DNA from: Desulfatiglandales bacterium
GTDB lineage: Bacteria; Desulfobacterota; DSM-4660; Desulfatiglandales; Desulfatiglandaceae
Assembly: GCA_963662465.1 (NCBI GenBank)
Contig: OY759599.1
Span: forward strand, 3,232,001 to 3,296,000
Direction: 5' to 3'
Length of the DNA stretch: 64,000 nt
Positions 28,695 to 38,523 of this stretch are shown here, piece by piece. Made by a program: the position numbers and the translations under genes. The stretch's first letter is position 1. Every line of letters begins with the position of its first letter. The notes beneath the pieces are model-generated. The model was given only the letters and a program-made list of their open reading frames with translations, had not been told where the DNA came from and made no database searches.

Positions 28695-31499
28695 CTATTC
28701 CTCATCCAAAATATCTCTCAATTTTTCGGATAATTGCTTAATCTTGAAGGGCTTCTGAATAAAACCATCGCAGCCTCGACCCAATATCTCGGTCGCTTGA
28801 CCCCTAACACTATATCCACTTGAAAGAAGGACCTTCACTCCGGGGTTCATCTCTTTCATTCTATCATAAGCATCCCCCCCATTCATATCCGGCATGATCA
28901 TATCTAGAACCACGATGTCAATCCTCTCCCTGTTCTCCCGGTATATCTCAATGGCTTCTTTTCCGCTTCTGGCTGTCAAGACCGTATAACCCAGTTGCTC
29001 CAGAATTTCCTCGGCAACCTCAATGATCATCTCCTCATCGTCTACGAAAAGGATGGTTTCAGATCCGCTTAATGCGTCCCCCTTTGGCTTCGGTTTCTCA
29101 TCGACCGCTTCTTTATGAGAAACAGGCAGATACACACTGAAGGTTGCACCATTTCCCTTTTCACTGTAAACATTGATGAATCCACCGTGATTTTTGATAA
29201 TCCCATATACCGAAGCCAAACCCAAGCCGGTTCCTCTACCCATCTCCTTGGTGGTGAAGAAAGGGTCAAAGATCCTTTCCCGGGTTGCCTTATCCATTCC
29301 GACGCCCGTGTCGGTAATGGATATTTTCACATAAGGTCCGGGTTCAACGAAAAAAGTTTTGACATAGCTCTCGTCAAGGGTCACATTCTCAGTTTTCACA
29401 TAGAGCGTACCACCCCCCGGCATGGCCTGCCAAGCATTGACATAAAGATTCAACAGTACCTGCTCAATTTGGCCCCGATCGACTTCCACGGGCCAAATAT
29501 CCGTCTGGTATCTGTCTTTAAGAATGATCTCTTTCCTGGTTCGACCAAACATTCGATTTTGTTTTTGGATAAGTTCATTCAAATCCGTTGGCTTGACCTC
29601 ATATTTTCCACCTCTGGCAAAGCTTAAGAGTTGCCCCGTCAGTTCGGCGGCGCTTTCAACATGCCCCACAATACCACGCAAATGTTCAAAATCCCTATGG
29701 GAAGACTCTTTATTCATCAGCATAATAGAGGCACGTCCCTGGATTGCCATGAGCAGGTTGTTGAAGTCATGGGCGATACCGCCGGCCAGGGTTCCAATGG
29801 CCTCCATCTTTTGGGCCTGCTGAAGTTGAGTTTCAAGCATTTTTTGAGCCGTAATGTCCCTCAGAAAATTGAGAGTGGCCGGCTGACCCTCCCAGCTTAT
29901 GAGAACGGCATTAAGTTCGACCGATAGGACTTCTCCGGACCTGTTGAAGATCCTGAAAAAATAAATACCGGGAAAGTCCTCCCCTTTCAGTCTGTTGAGG
30001 TGTCTTTCAAGGGCTATATCCCTGTCTTCAGGATGAATCATGTCAATAAAAGGGATACGGGCCAACTCTTTTGCTGAATACCCCGTCACCGCTTCGGTTT
30101 TGGGATTGACAAATTTGATTACCGCATCCTGGGCAATAAAGATAGCATCCGTGGCGTTTTCTATCAAAAGACGATATTTTTTCTCACTCTCTCGTAATTC
30201 CTCCCGCGCATGCTTCGCCGCGGAAATATCTCGAATAATGCCATGGTATTCCAAGATGCCGCCATCTTCGTCCCGACGACACGCCACATCCAGAATGCAG
30301 TCCATTTCACGGTCCTTTTTCCCGCGCATCTTGATTTCAAAATCCTGTACGGAGTCCTTTTCTTTCATCTCTTTCTGAAATTCATGGTTATTATTGGGAT
30401 CAACGCATAAGTTCCGGAAATTCATTTTTAATATTTCATTTTTAGTGTAACCAAAGAGTTCCGACGCTGCGGAATTGGCATCAGTGAATTCGCCGCGCTG
30501 CGTGGCAATCATAATGGGAACTCTGGACTTCTCAAAAAGGGAACGATATCTCGCCTCGGAGGCTTTTAGTATTCGCTCTGCCCGGATGCGTTTATAGATT
30601 TCTTCTTGCAGTTTTTGATTGGTCTCCGCAAGCGCAATGGTACGCTCCGTTACCCGCCGCTCCAGCTCTTCCTGTTCCCTTCTGAGAATTTCCTCCGCAT
30701 GAACAGCTTCGGTAACATCTCTCAAAACCAGCATGACCGAGGAACTTGCAGCGTCCTTGACCGGCAAAATACTGGGGGAGATATGCCTTCGGTTTATGAG
30801 TATGGGGTTTCCAAAATCCACCTTCCGGGAACCTTCGTCTATTCTGATGAGGAACGCCTTAAGTCTTTCACGATGACGCTCATCGATCTCATTGATCCGT
30901 TCTATAAAATTAGCACCTAATAACGCTTCCTCGGCGAAACCCATAATGGAAACAGCCGCGGGATTGGCAAAGATGATCCTTCCGTCAAGCGAAAGTTCCA
31001 AAATGGCATCGGAGATATTGTTCAAAATTGTTTCAAGATGCCCTTTGGCGGATATGAGTTCCCTGGTAATCTCCCGCTTAAAAACGCCTTTAAACCCCAT
31101 TATTTCTTCAGGAGCACCCTGTGAAATATCGTGGTCCGATTGCTCAATGGCGGCAAGGACATGGGTTTTCATCTTGTTAAACGGTCCCTTCACAATAAAG
31201 GCATCGGCGCCCAATTCAGCAAAATCTCTCGATTCCTCGACAATTGTCGCCGATAGAACCACTGCATAGGTATCCTTTAAAGCAGGTATCTTCCGGATAA
31301 TCCGGCATAATTGTTCCCCGTTGATATTGGGCATTACCAGATCGATGAACATCACATCAGGGATATAGGTCATTAAAATTTTAAGCGCGGAAAGACCGTC
31401 TTCCGCTGTCTTTACCTGATGCCCTTCTTTTCCAAGCAAGTTGCTCATGAACTTCAAAATGACCGGATGATTATCAACGACCAGGATCTTTTTTTTCAT
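28695..31499 (-). CDS. REC-PAS3-HisKA-HATPase-REC hybrid sensor kinase
   Basis: LAGGIAHDFNN, GRGTGLGL, N- and C-terminal receiver domains. Confidence 0.95.
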   Translation of the reverse strand: MKKKILVVDNHPVILKFMSNLLGKEGHQVKTAEDGLSALKILMTYIPDVMFIDLVMPNINGEQLCRIIRKIPALKDTYAVVLSATIVEESRDFAELGADAFIVKGPFNKMKTHVLAAIEQSDHDISQGAPEEIMGFKGVFKREITRELISAKGHLETILNNISDAILELSLDGRIIFANPAAVSIMGFAEEALLGANFIERINEIDERHRERLKAFLIRIDEGSRKVDFGNPILINRRHISPSILPVKDAASSSVMLVLRDVTEAVHAEEILRREQEELERRVTERTIALAETNQKLQEEIYKRIRAERILKASEARYRSLFEKSRVPIMIATQRGEFTDANSAASELFGYTKNEILKMNFRNLCVDPNNNHEFQKEMKEKDSVQDFEIKMRGKKDREMDCILDVACRRDEDGGILEYHGIIRDISAAKHAREELRESEKKYRLLIENATDAIFIAQDAVIKFVNPKTEAVTGYSAKELARIPFIDMIHPEDRDIALERHLNRLKGEDFPGIYFFRIFNRSGEVLSVELNAVLISWEGQPATLNFLRDITAQKMLETQLQQAQKMEAIGTLAGGIAHDFNNLLMAIQGRASIMLMNKESSHRDFEHLRGIVGHVESAAELTGQLLSFARGGKYEVKPTDLNELIQKQNRMFGRTRKEIILKDRYQTDIWPVEVDRGQIEQVLLNLYVNAWQAMPGGGTLYVKTENVTLDESYVKTFFVEPGPYVKISITDTGVGMDKATRERIFDPFFTTKEMGRGTGLGLASVYGIIKNHGGFINVYSEKGNGATFSVYLPVSHKEAVDEKPKPKGDALSGSETILFVDDEEMIIEVAEEILEQLGYTVLTARSGKEAIEIYRENRERIDIVVLDMIMPDMNGGDAYDRMKEMNPGVKVLLSSGYSVRGQATEILGRGCDGFIQKPFKIKQLSEKLRDILDEE

Positions 31500-31586
31500 A
31501 TCGGCACCTTAGCTAGAATGGAAAATTTTCACGGTTCAATCCACGAAAGGCCTATACGGCTATGTTGATTGGGCCTGTTGGGTGGG

Positions 31587-32963
31587 TTACACTCTGTTCA
31601 CAGGCAAATTCACAGTCGAAATATATTCCTTCAAAAGCTTTCGGAAAGCAATGGGATAACCATTAATACCCTTGACCAGGGTCGGCAACAGGTGTTTCAG
31701 GACCAACCGGCTTACATCCAATTGATCCCAACCCAGAAGCCTCATATATTCCACCACAAACACATCCGGTAACCCCCTATCGGATTTTTCCTCGAAAAAC
31801 TTCAGGCAAAGATGCGCCAAATAGAGAATCGCAACATTATTTCGAATTTCCAAGGGGATCGTATCCGGAGGCAAAAACGCCGGATAGGACTGAAATTCGA
31901 GACTGCGAACCAGGATATCCGGCATCCCCCATTCCTTCAGTAAAAGAGCACCCAACCGGGCGTGATCCAGGGAATCAATGAGGATGGTTAAAGAAGGATT
32001 CTGATTTTTCAACAACAACATCAGAACACGGCCCAGATCGTGCAGCAGTCCGATAGTCGCTACTTCCGAAGGATTCGCGGCTCGCGATGCCAGTGAGAGG
32101 CCATAAGCGATGTGAGAAATCGCCACGGAGTGGGATTGAATCGCATTGAATTTCGGTGTATTCGGCATGGAGCGCCTTAGCCCTTCGGCGATAATCAATT
32201 GGTATATTCTGCTGAAACCGATTAGGACTAAGGCGTGGTTAACATCGGAAACCTTTTGCCTAAGACCGTAATACGCTGAATTAACGGTCTTAAGCACAAC
32301 CGCCACTGAAGAAGGATCCTGTTTGATCAGATCAGATGCTTCGCGCAATGACGTATTTTTTTGTGACAACCGAATCAGCAAGGTACTCGCAAAGGATGGC
32401 AGCCTGGGGACTTTTTTGATAATCCCCTTGATTATTTCAGATTCTCCGTAATTGACTTCTCCCTGAGATCGCTCGGAATGGATACGATCGATCAGCCGTC
32501 GATTCAGAACTTTCAGTTCCCTTTCACTTGATAACATTTGACGGATACGTTCATTGGCCAGATCGTTCAATTTCTTCAGCAGGAATAACTGGGTTTGAGC
32601 ATTTAGCGCATTAAAGGCGGCCTCATTTATTGCCATAACCCTGGACGGAACACAGGCGATAACGGACGCCGTCCTAGGAACCTTCTTGGTAAATGCGATT
32701 TCTCCAACCCAATCCCCGCTATGGAAGCAGGCAATTTCCCTCGGCTGCCCATTCGTGATTTTGAGGATCTTCAGTTTACCATCCAGCAGCAGGTACACTG
32801 TTTGACCCGCGTCTCCCTCTTTCATCAGGTATTCACCGGTCGCCAATTTCCTGATTTCCGAACAGGTATACAGCGTTTTCAGATCTTTTTGGCTAAGTTG
32901 GGAAAAGATAGATTGCAGGTTCTTTTTGGATGACCTCTCCAAACTTCTGACGTCATTTGACAT
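31587..32963 (-). CDS. cNMP-binding + HDOD domain protein
   Basis: GDWVGEIAF..PRTASV; VNSAYYG, HSVAI, GLLHDLG, DHARLGALLLKEW. Confidence 0.88.
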   Translation of the reverse strand: MSNDVRSLERSSKKNLQSIFSQLSQKDLKTLYTCSEIRKLATGEYLMKEGDAGQTVYLLLDGKLKILKITNGQPREIACFHSGDWVGEIAFTKKVPRTASVIACVPSRVMAINEAAFNALNAQTQLFLLKKLNDLANERIRQMLSSERELKVLNRRLIDRIHSERSQGEVNYGESEIIKGIIKKVPRLPSFASTLLIRLSQKNTSLREASDLIKQDPSSVAVVLKTVNSAYYGLRQKVSDVNHALVLIGFSRIYQLIIAEGLRRSMPNTPKFNAIQSHSVAISHIAYGLSLASRAANPSEVATIGLLHDLGRVLMLLLKNQNPSLTILIDSLDHARLGALLLKEWGMPDILVRSLEFQSYPAFLPPDTIPLEIRNNVAILYLAHLCLKFFEEKSDRGLPDVFVVEYMRLLGWDQLDVSRLVLKHLLPTLVKGINGYPIAFRKLLKEYISTVNLPVNRV

Positions 32964-33178
32964 TAGATTCTGCCTCGAGGTTAAGCAGTTTACAGTCGTT
33001 TAAAAAAAACCTAAATTATTTGTCCAAACGCGGGTTATTAGCAGCCACCACCTTTTTACCTATTTTATAGAATTTCGCAGGTCAAGTAAACGAAAAAAAC
33101 AATAGTGAATTTTCTTTTTAAAGGCTGGTTTTTAAATTCTTATACAGGGGCCAAAGCGAGAAAAGGGACACCAAATTC

Positions 33179-34333
33179 CTAAGGTGAAGGAATACGCCTC
33201 CCCACGGGCAAACGGATCTTCTGCACCGCCATGAGGCTAATCAAACTCAAGCCCGCGCCCGCCACAAAGGGAATACGGTAATCCACCATCCATAAAATCC
33301 CTCCCAGGGCAGGCAGGAACACGGCGGCGATATGATTGATGGTGAAGCCCACTGCCATGCTGGGCGCGATGTCCTTGGGGTCGCCTATCTTTTGAAAATA
33401 AGTCCGAATGGCAATGGCAAAATTGAAAAAGATATGGTCCAGAATATAGAGGCAGGAAACCAGCATCTTGGAATCAACAGCCGCGTAAGCCATAAAAATA
33501 AAGATCAGGCTGAAATACTCCAGGGACAGGACTTTCCGCTCACCGAAACGGATAATGCATCTTCCCACCATGGGACTTAAAAAGTAATTGATGAGATTGT
33601 TGATGATAAACAACACTGTTACTTCCTGCACCGTAAACCCAAATTTCCGAACCAGCAACAGCACGGCAAAGGCCATAAAAATCTGCCGCCTGGCGCCAGC
33701 CATGAACGTCAGAAAATAATAGAGCCAGTACTTTTTCCGAAAGATCATTTTTTTGTGCTGTAAAACAATGTTTTTGTCCGTGGGATTTTGGGTAAAAGCC
33801 CACATGCCGGCAGCCATAACCAACCCCCCGATCGTCAGGTAAATATCCTTAAAATCCAGAAAACTTGAAATCAGAAAGATGAGAACGCCGACGCCGATAT
33901 TGGACGCGGCGGCAATGCTGCGCAGTTTGCCAAACACCATGGGGCTGGTATGCTCGTCAAAATACTGAAGCGTTAGGGACTGGTTGGTGGTTTCATAATA
34001 ATGAAACCCGAAGCTCATCACCACGGTGGTGACCATCAACCCGGCATAGGAAGGGAAAAACCCCGTAAACGTAAGTCCTATCCCCAAAAACAGGATGGAG
34101 ATAGCGGACAGGCGATGCTCCTTAATGATCATCATGACGAAAACCGCCAGGAGGGTCAAAAACCCGGGAATCTCCCGCACGGACTGGATCATGCCCACCT
34201 GTTCGCCCGTGAGGTTCACCTGTTCCACGGCAAAATTGTTGAACAGCATCATCCAGGCCTGCAATCCGACGGTGGAACTGATGGTCAGCACCAGCAGAAA
34301 CCGGTACATGGAGTTTTGTTTCAGCGGAATCAT
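33179..34333 (-). CDS. MFS transporter
   Basis: Multiple TM segments, QSVREIPGFL, NHIAAV; probable ATG 34333. Confidence 0.85.
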   Translation of the reverse strand: MIPLKQNSMYRFLLVLTISSTVGLQAWMMLFNNFAVEQVNLTGEQVGMIQSVREIPGFLTLLAVFVMMIIKEHRLSAISILFLGIGLTFTGFFPSYAGLMVTTVVMSFGFHYYETTNQSLTLQYFDEHTSPMVFGKLRSIAAASNIGVGVLIFLISSFLDFKDIYLTIGGLVMAAGMWAFTQNPTDKNIVLQHKKMIFRKKYWLYYFLTFMAGARRQIFMAFAVLLLVRKFGFTVQEVTVLFIINNLINYFLSPMVGRCIIRFGERKVLSLEYFSLIFIFMAYAAVDSKMLVSCLYILDHIFFNFAIAIRTYFQKIGDPKDIAPSMAVGFTINHIAAVFLPALGGILWMVDYRIPFVAGAGLSLISLMAVQKIRLPVGRRIPSP

Positions 34334-34358
34334 ATGTTCGGGGATACCCAAAACCGTC

Positions 34359-35147
34359 TCAAAGGCAACTTCTCGCCCCTTTGTACCGAGGGGCATAATA
34401 GGAATTGGAAAGGGAATCCATGCGAATGGTCTTGCCTCTTCCCGGTGCATGAACAAATTTTCCGTCCCCCATGTAGATGCCCACGTGGGAAATCCGATTT
34501 CGGCCTGTTATATCAAAAAAAACCAGATCCCCTTCAACCAGATCGGGCTGAGGGAGCGGTTTTCCAACCTGGTACTGTTCTTTTGAGGTACGGGGCAGCG
34601 TAACACCGTTCAAGTGATAAACCGCCATGACCAGTCCGCTGCAGTCAAACCCGTTCTCTGCCGAACTTCCACCCCATCGATAGGGAAGCCCAATAAACCC
34701 ATGGGCCGTAGCCACAATCTCTTTTCTGAGGCCATGGCTTTCGAATTTTTCTTCTTTCCGGACGACCGCATGGTCACTGGGAGGAACCACATAATAATCA
34801 TCGATGATGCCCACACGCACCAGACTTCCGGCATTTCGGCGGGCCTCCATCCAGGAAGAAAAATCACCGAACCGGACCTTGTAAAGGCCCCGTTTCGTAC
34901 GAAAATAGTAGGCGTCTATCCCCCGTTTTTCAAGAGACCGGGTGAGTCTTACTGCATTGTCCAGGGTTCTGAAGGCGCCTACCTGAATGCTGTAACCAGT
35001 CAGCGAGGCTGCTGCCATCGCCCTTGGCGCGGCGGGCGATTGAGACGGTTCCCTGGACGCCTGGGCGCATCCCTCGCTCAAGGCAAGGACACCGAGCAAC
35101 AGCACCCAGGGTTTCAAACACAATAGGATCTTTAGAAAAGTCTTCAA
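34359..35147 (-). CDS. SPOR + NlpC/P60 peptidoglycan endopeptidase
   Basis: YSIQVGAF SPOR motif; GLPYRWGG, FDCSGL, HVGIY, FVHA. Confidence 0.92.
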   Translation of the reverse strand: MKTFLKILLCLKPWVLLLGVLALSEGCAQASREPSQSPAAPRAMAAASLTGYSIQVGAFRTLDNAVRLTRSLEKRGIDAYYFRTKRGLYKVRFGDFSSWMEARRNAGSLVRVGIIDDYYVVPPSDHAVVRKEEKFESHGLRKEIVATAHGFIGLPYRWGGSSAENGFDCSGLVMAVYHLNGVTLPRTSKEQYQVGKPLPQPDLVEGDLVFFDITGRNRISHVGIYMGDGKFVHAPGRGKTIRMDSLSNSYYAPRYKGARSCL

Positions 35148-35159
35148 GCTTCAACGCCC

Positions 35160-35390
35160 TTACTGCCAGGGACTTTCGCCCCCATTCATATCCGGTCTAC
35201 CATAATCGTTTTCCCATGAAGGCGGTGCATCGGGGACCACCTGGTAACGCCATTGGGACGGATCAAACTCCTCCCGAAGATCGGCGCAGGATGACAGGGG
35301 CACGGTAACGCCCAAAATGCCAAAGGCAATGACAGCCGCCTTTGCATTGTTCCTTAACACCTGCATAATGGTTTTTTTATGCCCGCTCAT
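35160..35390 (-). CDS. Small putative lipoprotein
   Basis: AGGAGGT RBS, hydrophobic stretch, LSSC lipobox. Confidence 0.55.
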   Translation of the reverse strand: MSGHKKTIMQVLRNNAKAAVIAFGILGVTVPLSSCADLREEFDPSQWRYQVVPDAPPSWENDYGRPDMNGGESPWQ

Positions 35391-35679
35391 ATACGAATGG
35401 ACCTCCTGTTCGTTCTTGACTTGAAAATTCAGATTGGATACCCTCATTCATTACAAAAAGGGGATGTTATCCACATCATCAGAGAAAAAAATATTTGTTT
35501 TATACCATCCCGAAACCGAAAATACCAGCGCCAAAAGGTTTTTTTCAAGTATCGGCGTCAGGGGTTTATGAAACGACTTTGCAATTCCATGAAGAGGCAC
35601 TAACTTTAGAAGATAAAGTAACCTTTTCGAAACATCCGGCTCTATAACCCGGAAGACTAATCTTTCAGGGAGGAAATCC

Positions 35680-35892
35680 ATGCCCATCTATGAATTCAAA
35701 TGTAAGAAATGCGGAACCGTTTATGAGTCCCTCTGCTTCCGTTCCAGCGGGGAGGACAAAGGCCCCTGCCCTACCTGCGGCGGGAATGACTGCGAAAAGC
35801 AACTGTCCACCTTTTCTTCCACCGGTTCGAGCCTCAACCTCGGCGGCGCTTCGGCCTCCGGTTCATGCGCCCCGCGCGGCGGTTTTTCCTGA
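35680..35892 (+). CDS. FmdB-family zinc-ribbon protein (possible Sec read-through to 35901)
   Basis: MPIYEFKCKKCG...CPTCGG; ends at TGA followed by GCC GGA TAA and a SECIS-like hairpin. Confidence 0.9.
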   Translation: MPIYEFKCKKCGTVYESLCFRSSGEDKGPCPTCGGNDCEKQLSTFSSTGSSLNLGGASASGSCAPRGGFS

Positions 35893-35998
35893 GCCGGATA
35901 ATGAAGGCAGCCGTGCGCTGCCCCGAGTACACAATCCCGAAAATAATGGGAGATAAAACCTTTTGGAAACATCTAAACCCCAAAAAAAAGGAAACGAC

Positions 35999-36151
35999 AT
36001 GAGTATCTGGATCATATTACTGGTTATCGTGGGGTGGGTTTTGTTGCAAGCCTACATCCTGCCCAAATTCGGCATTTCCACATGAATGAGAAATAGTTGC
36101 CAGGTCGGCGACAAACAACCCAAACCCATCGATATTCTGGATAAAAAGTAG
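35999..36151 (+). CDS. Small membrane selenoprotein (50 aa, Sec29), absent from the ORF track
   Basis: MSIWIILLVIVGWVLLQAYILPKFGIST-U-MRNSCQVGDKQPKPIDILDKK*; AAGGA RBS; SECIS 36096-36112. Confidence 0.72.
36096..36112 (+). promoter_or_regulatory. Bacterial SECIS hairpin
   Basis: GTTGCC-AGGTC-GGCGAC beginning at the 11th nt after TGA 36083-36085. Confidence 0.72.
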
Positions 36152-36350
36152 CTTCTCTCGGGCCGGGGAGAATTGAAGCTCCGGCCCGCGGAACCGGATG
36201 TAACTTCCGCCGGAAACCCAGTGGAACCGCTATACTGCTTTGCGATGCTTTCCTCGCCTGGGGGATTTTATCAGATTGACGAAATTCCACGTTCCGTGTT
36301 ATTTCCTTATCAAAACATTATCCTCAAAATCAGAAACAGGAGAAAAATCG

Positions 36351-37481
36351 ATGGAAGACAAGAAAGCCGATTTGGCCGGTCCCGGCATCGGTAATTACAC
36401 TGAAATTGAAAGCATCTTACCCGATGACTATGCCTCTTTGCTGAACCCGAAGGAAACCCAGCTTGCCCTTTATGCCGCCAAGGACTACATCGAGGAAAAC
36501 CTGTGCAAGGAACTGAATCTTATCCGGGTCACTGTTCCCCTCATCGTGGACGTGGACAGCGGCATAAACGATTACCTGGACCGGGACGGTTCCAGAACCC
36601 CGATCCAGTTTCACATTTCCAATGACCACGACAAAAATCCCATTGACGCTCAGATTGTTCAAGCCGCTACCAAATGGAAACGGGTCGCCCTCAAACAGTT
36701 CGGTATGAATGTGGGCGAAGGGCTCATCACGGACATGCGGGCCATACGGAAAGATTACTTCCTGGATCACGATCACAGCGCCTATGTGGATCAATGGGAC
36801 TGGGAACTGGCCATCACCGAAGAACAGCGCAACCTGCAACTCTTAAAACAGGTGGTGGAAAAGATATGGAAAGTCCTCAAGGGTGCTGAAACCCACCTGC
36901 AAACGCTTTTCCCCCAGCTCAAAACCGACAAATACCCGGACATGCCGGAAAAACTCACCTTTATCCACGCGGAAGACATCCTGGCCCAATACCCCGACAT
37001 GCCCCGCAAACAGCGGGAGACGGAAATCGTCAAGGAGCACAAAGCGGTCTTCATTTATGGCATCGGCTGGACCCTTGCGGATGGTTATCCCCATGAAATG
37101 CGGGCCGCGGATTATGACGACTGGGCCACGGAAACCACCTCCGAGGACGGTCAGCCCATGCATGGCCTGAACGGCGACATCCTGGTCTGGAACCCCATCA
37201 CGAAACGCCGCCACGAACTGACCTCCATGGGTATTCGCGTCAATGCCCAAACCCTGCGGCAACAGCTTGAAATCACGAACCAGATGGATTTCTTGAAAAT
37301 GCCCTACCACCAGGCCGTGTTGAACAATGACATCCCCCTCAGCATCGGCGGCGGCATCGGACAATCCCGAACCTTCATGCTGCTGCTCAAAAAAGCGCAC
37401 CTGGGAGAAGTGAGCGCCACGGTGTGGCCGAAAGTCCTTAAAACCATGTGTGCGAAGAAAAATATTCATGTGATTGAATGA
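36351..37481 (+). CDS. asnA: Aspartate-ammonia ligase (asparagine synthetase A)
   Basis: KWKR, DMRAIR, HSAYVDQWDWE, RAADYDDW, SMGIRV, SIGGGIGQSR. Confidence 0.93.
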   Translation: MEDKKADLAGPGIGNYTEIESILPDDYASLLNPKETQLALYAAKDYIEENLCKELNLIRVTVPLIVDVDSGINDYLDRDGSRTPIQFHISNDHDKNPIDAQIVQAATKWKRVALKQFGMNVGEGLITDMRAIRKDYFLDHDHSAYVDQWDWELAITEEQRNLQLLKQVVEKIWKVLKGAETHLQTLFPQLKTDKYPDMPEKLTFIHAEDILAQYPDMPRKQRETEIVKEHKAVFIYGIGWTLADGYPHEMRAADYDDWATETTSEDGQPMHGLNGDILVWNPITKRRHELTSMGIRVNAQTLRQQLEITNQMDFLKMPYHQAVLNNDIPLSIGGGIGQSRTFMLLLKKAHLGEVSATVWPKVLKTMCAKKNIHVIE

Positions 37482-37486
37482 TGGGC

Positions 37487-37514
37487 GTTAGCTGTTAGCT
37501 GTTAGCTGTTAGCT
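37487..37514. repeat. (GTTAGCT)4 heptamer tandem repeat
   Basis: Perfect x4 directly after the asnA stop; same unit as 3941-3964. Confidence 0.85.
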
Positions 37515-37589
37515 AGAGCCTCTTAATCATTGCTGTTGTATTGTTAACCCAACAAAAAACCTGAGAAGCATATCACACAAGGAGGTCCT

Positions 37590-38309
37590 ATGGCGGAAGA
37601 GCTGAAAGTAGGATGCGCACGTCCCACCGGAGGGCCGGTGGGAGAACCGGCCCCTGAACCCACCACCCAAGGAGAAACCCCTAAGAAGGAGGAAAAAAGA
37701 ATGATACAGGTTGGCAAAAAAGCCCCCGACTTTACCGCGCCGGGCTACCAAAAAGGAAAATTCGTTAATGTGAAATTATCGGAGTACCTGGGAAAATGGG
37801 TGGTGCTATGTTTTTATCCCGGTGATTTCACCTTTGTCTGAGCCACCGAGATTTCAGCAGTTGCTGAAAAATACCCCGAATTCCAGAAGCTGGGCGTTGA
37901 AGTGCTTTCCATGAGCATCGACAGCATGTTCGTGCATAAAATGTGGAACGATTATGAATTGAGCAAAATGGTAGATGGCGGCGTGCCCTTTGCGATGCTA
38001 TCCGACGCCGGCGGCAGAGTGGGAAAAGTCTATGGGATTTACGACGAGGATGCCGGCGTTGAAACCCGCGGTAGATTCATTATCGACCCCGACGGCATCA
38101 TCCAAGGCTATGAAGTGCTGACCCCGCCGGTGGGAAGAAACGTCAGCGAAAGCCTGCGCCAGATTCAGGCGTTTCAACTGGTCAGGGAATCCAAGGGCGC
38201 CGAAGCCACGCCTTCAGGCTGGAAACCCGGGAAAATGACCCTTAAACCCGGGCCCGACCTGGTGGGCAATGTTTGGAAAGAATGGAAAACCGAAATGGCC
38301 TTTGACTAA
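37590..38309 (+). CDS. prxU: Selenocysteine-containing AhpC/TSA peroxiredoxin (one gene, TGA 37839-37841 = Sec)
   Basis: [13 protein letters not shown] at the peroxidatic Cys position, in frame with ORF 37902..38309; hairpin TTTCAGC-AGTT-GCTGAAA at 37852-37869. Confidence 0.92.
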
Positions 38310-38456
38310 CCCCCGGCAAATCCCTTCAGGGGTGAGGCGACAGCACTGTCGAACCCGCCTCACCCCCCCCCCTGCACTTATAAATATCTCCCATCGGATA
38401 AACGCGAACAGAAGGGCTCTCCCATCTTTTTTGTTATTAAATATTTCAAAAAAAGG

Positions 38457-38502
38457 TTGACAGTTTGCATTTCTTTTTTTACAGTCTAACGACTGTTCGT
38501 TT
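38457..38502 (+). promoter_or_regulatory. Sigma-70 promoter of tetR with adjoining operator
   Basis: TTGACA-17-TACAGT followed immediately by CTAACGACTGTTCGTTT. Confidence 0.7.
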
Positions 38503-38523
38503 CCAACCTTGATAAAAACGGTT

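Noticed and set aside
37590..38309. Peroxiredoxin as a nonsense pseudogene or as two genes
   Set aside because: The TGA is at the catalytic Cys position with a SECIS-like hairpin, so Sec recoding fits better
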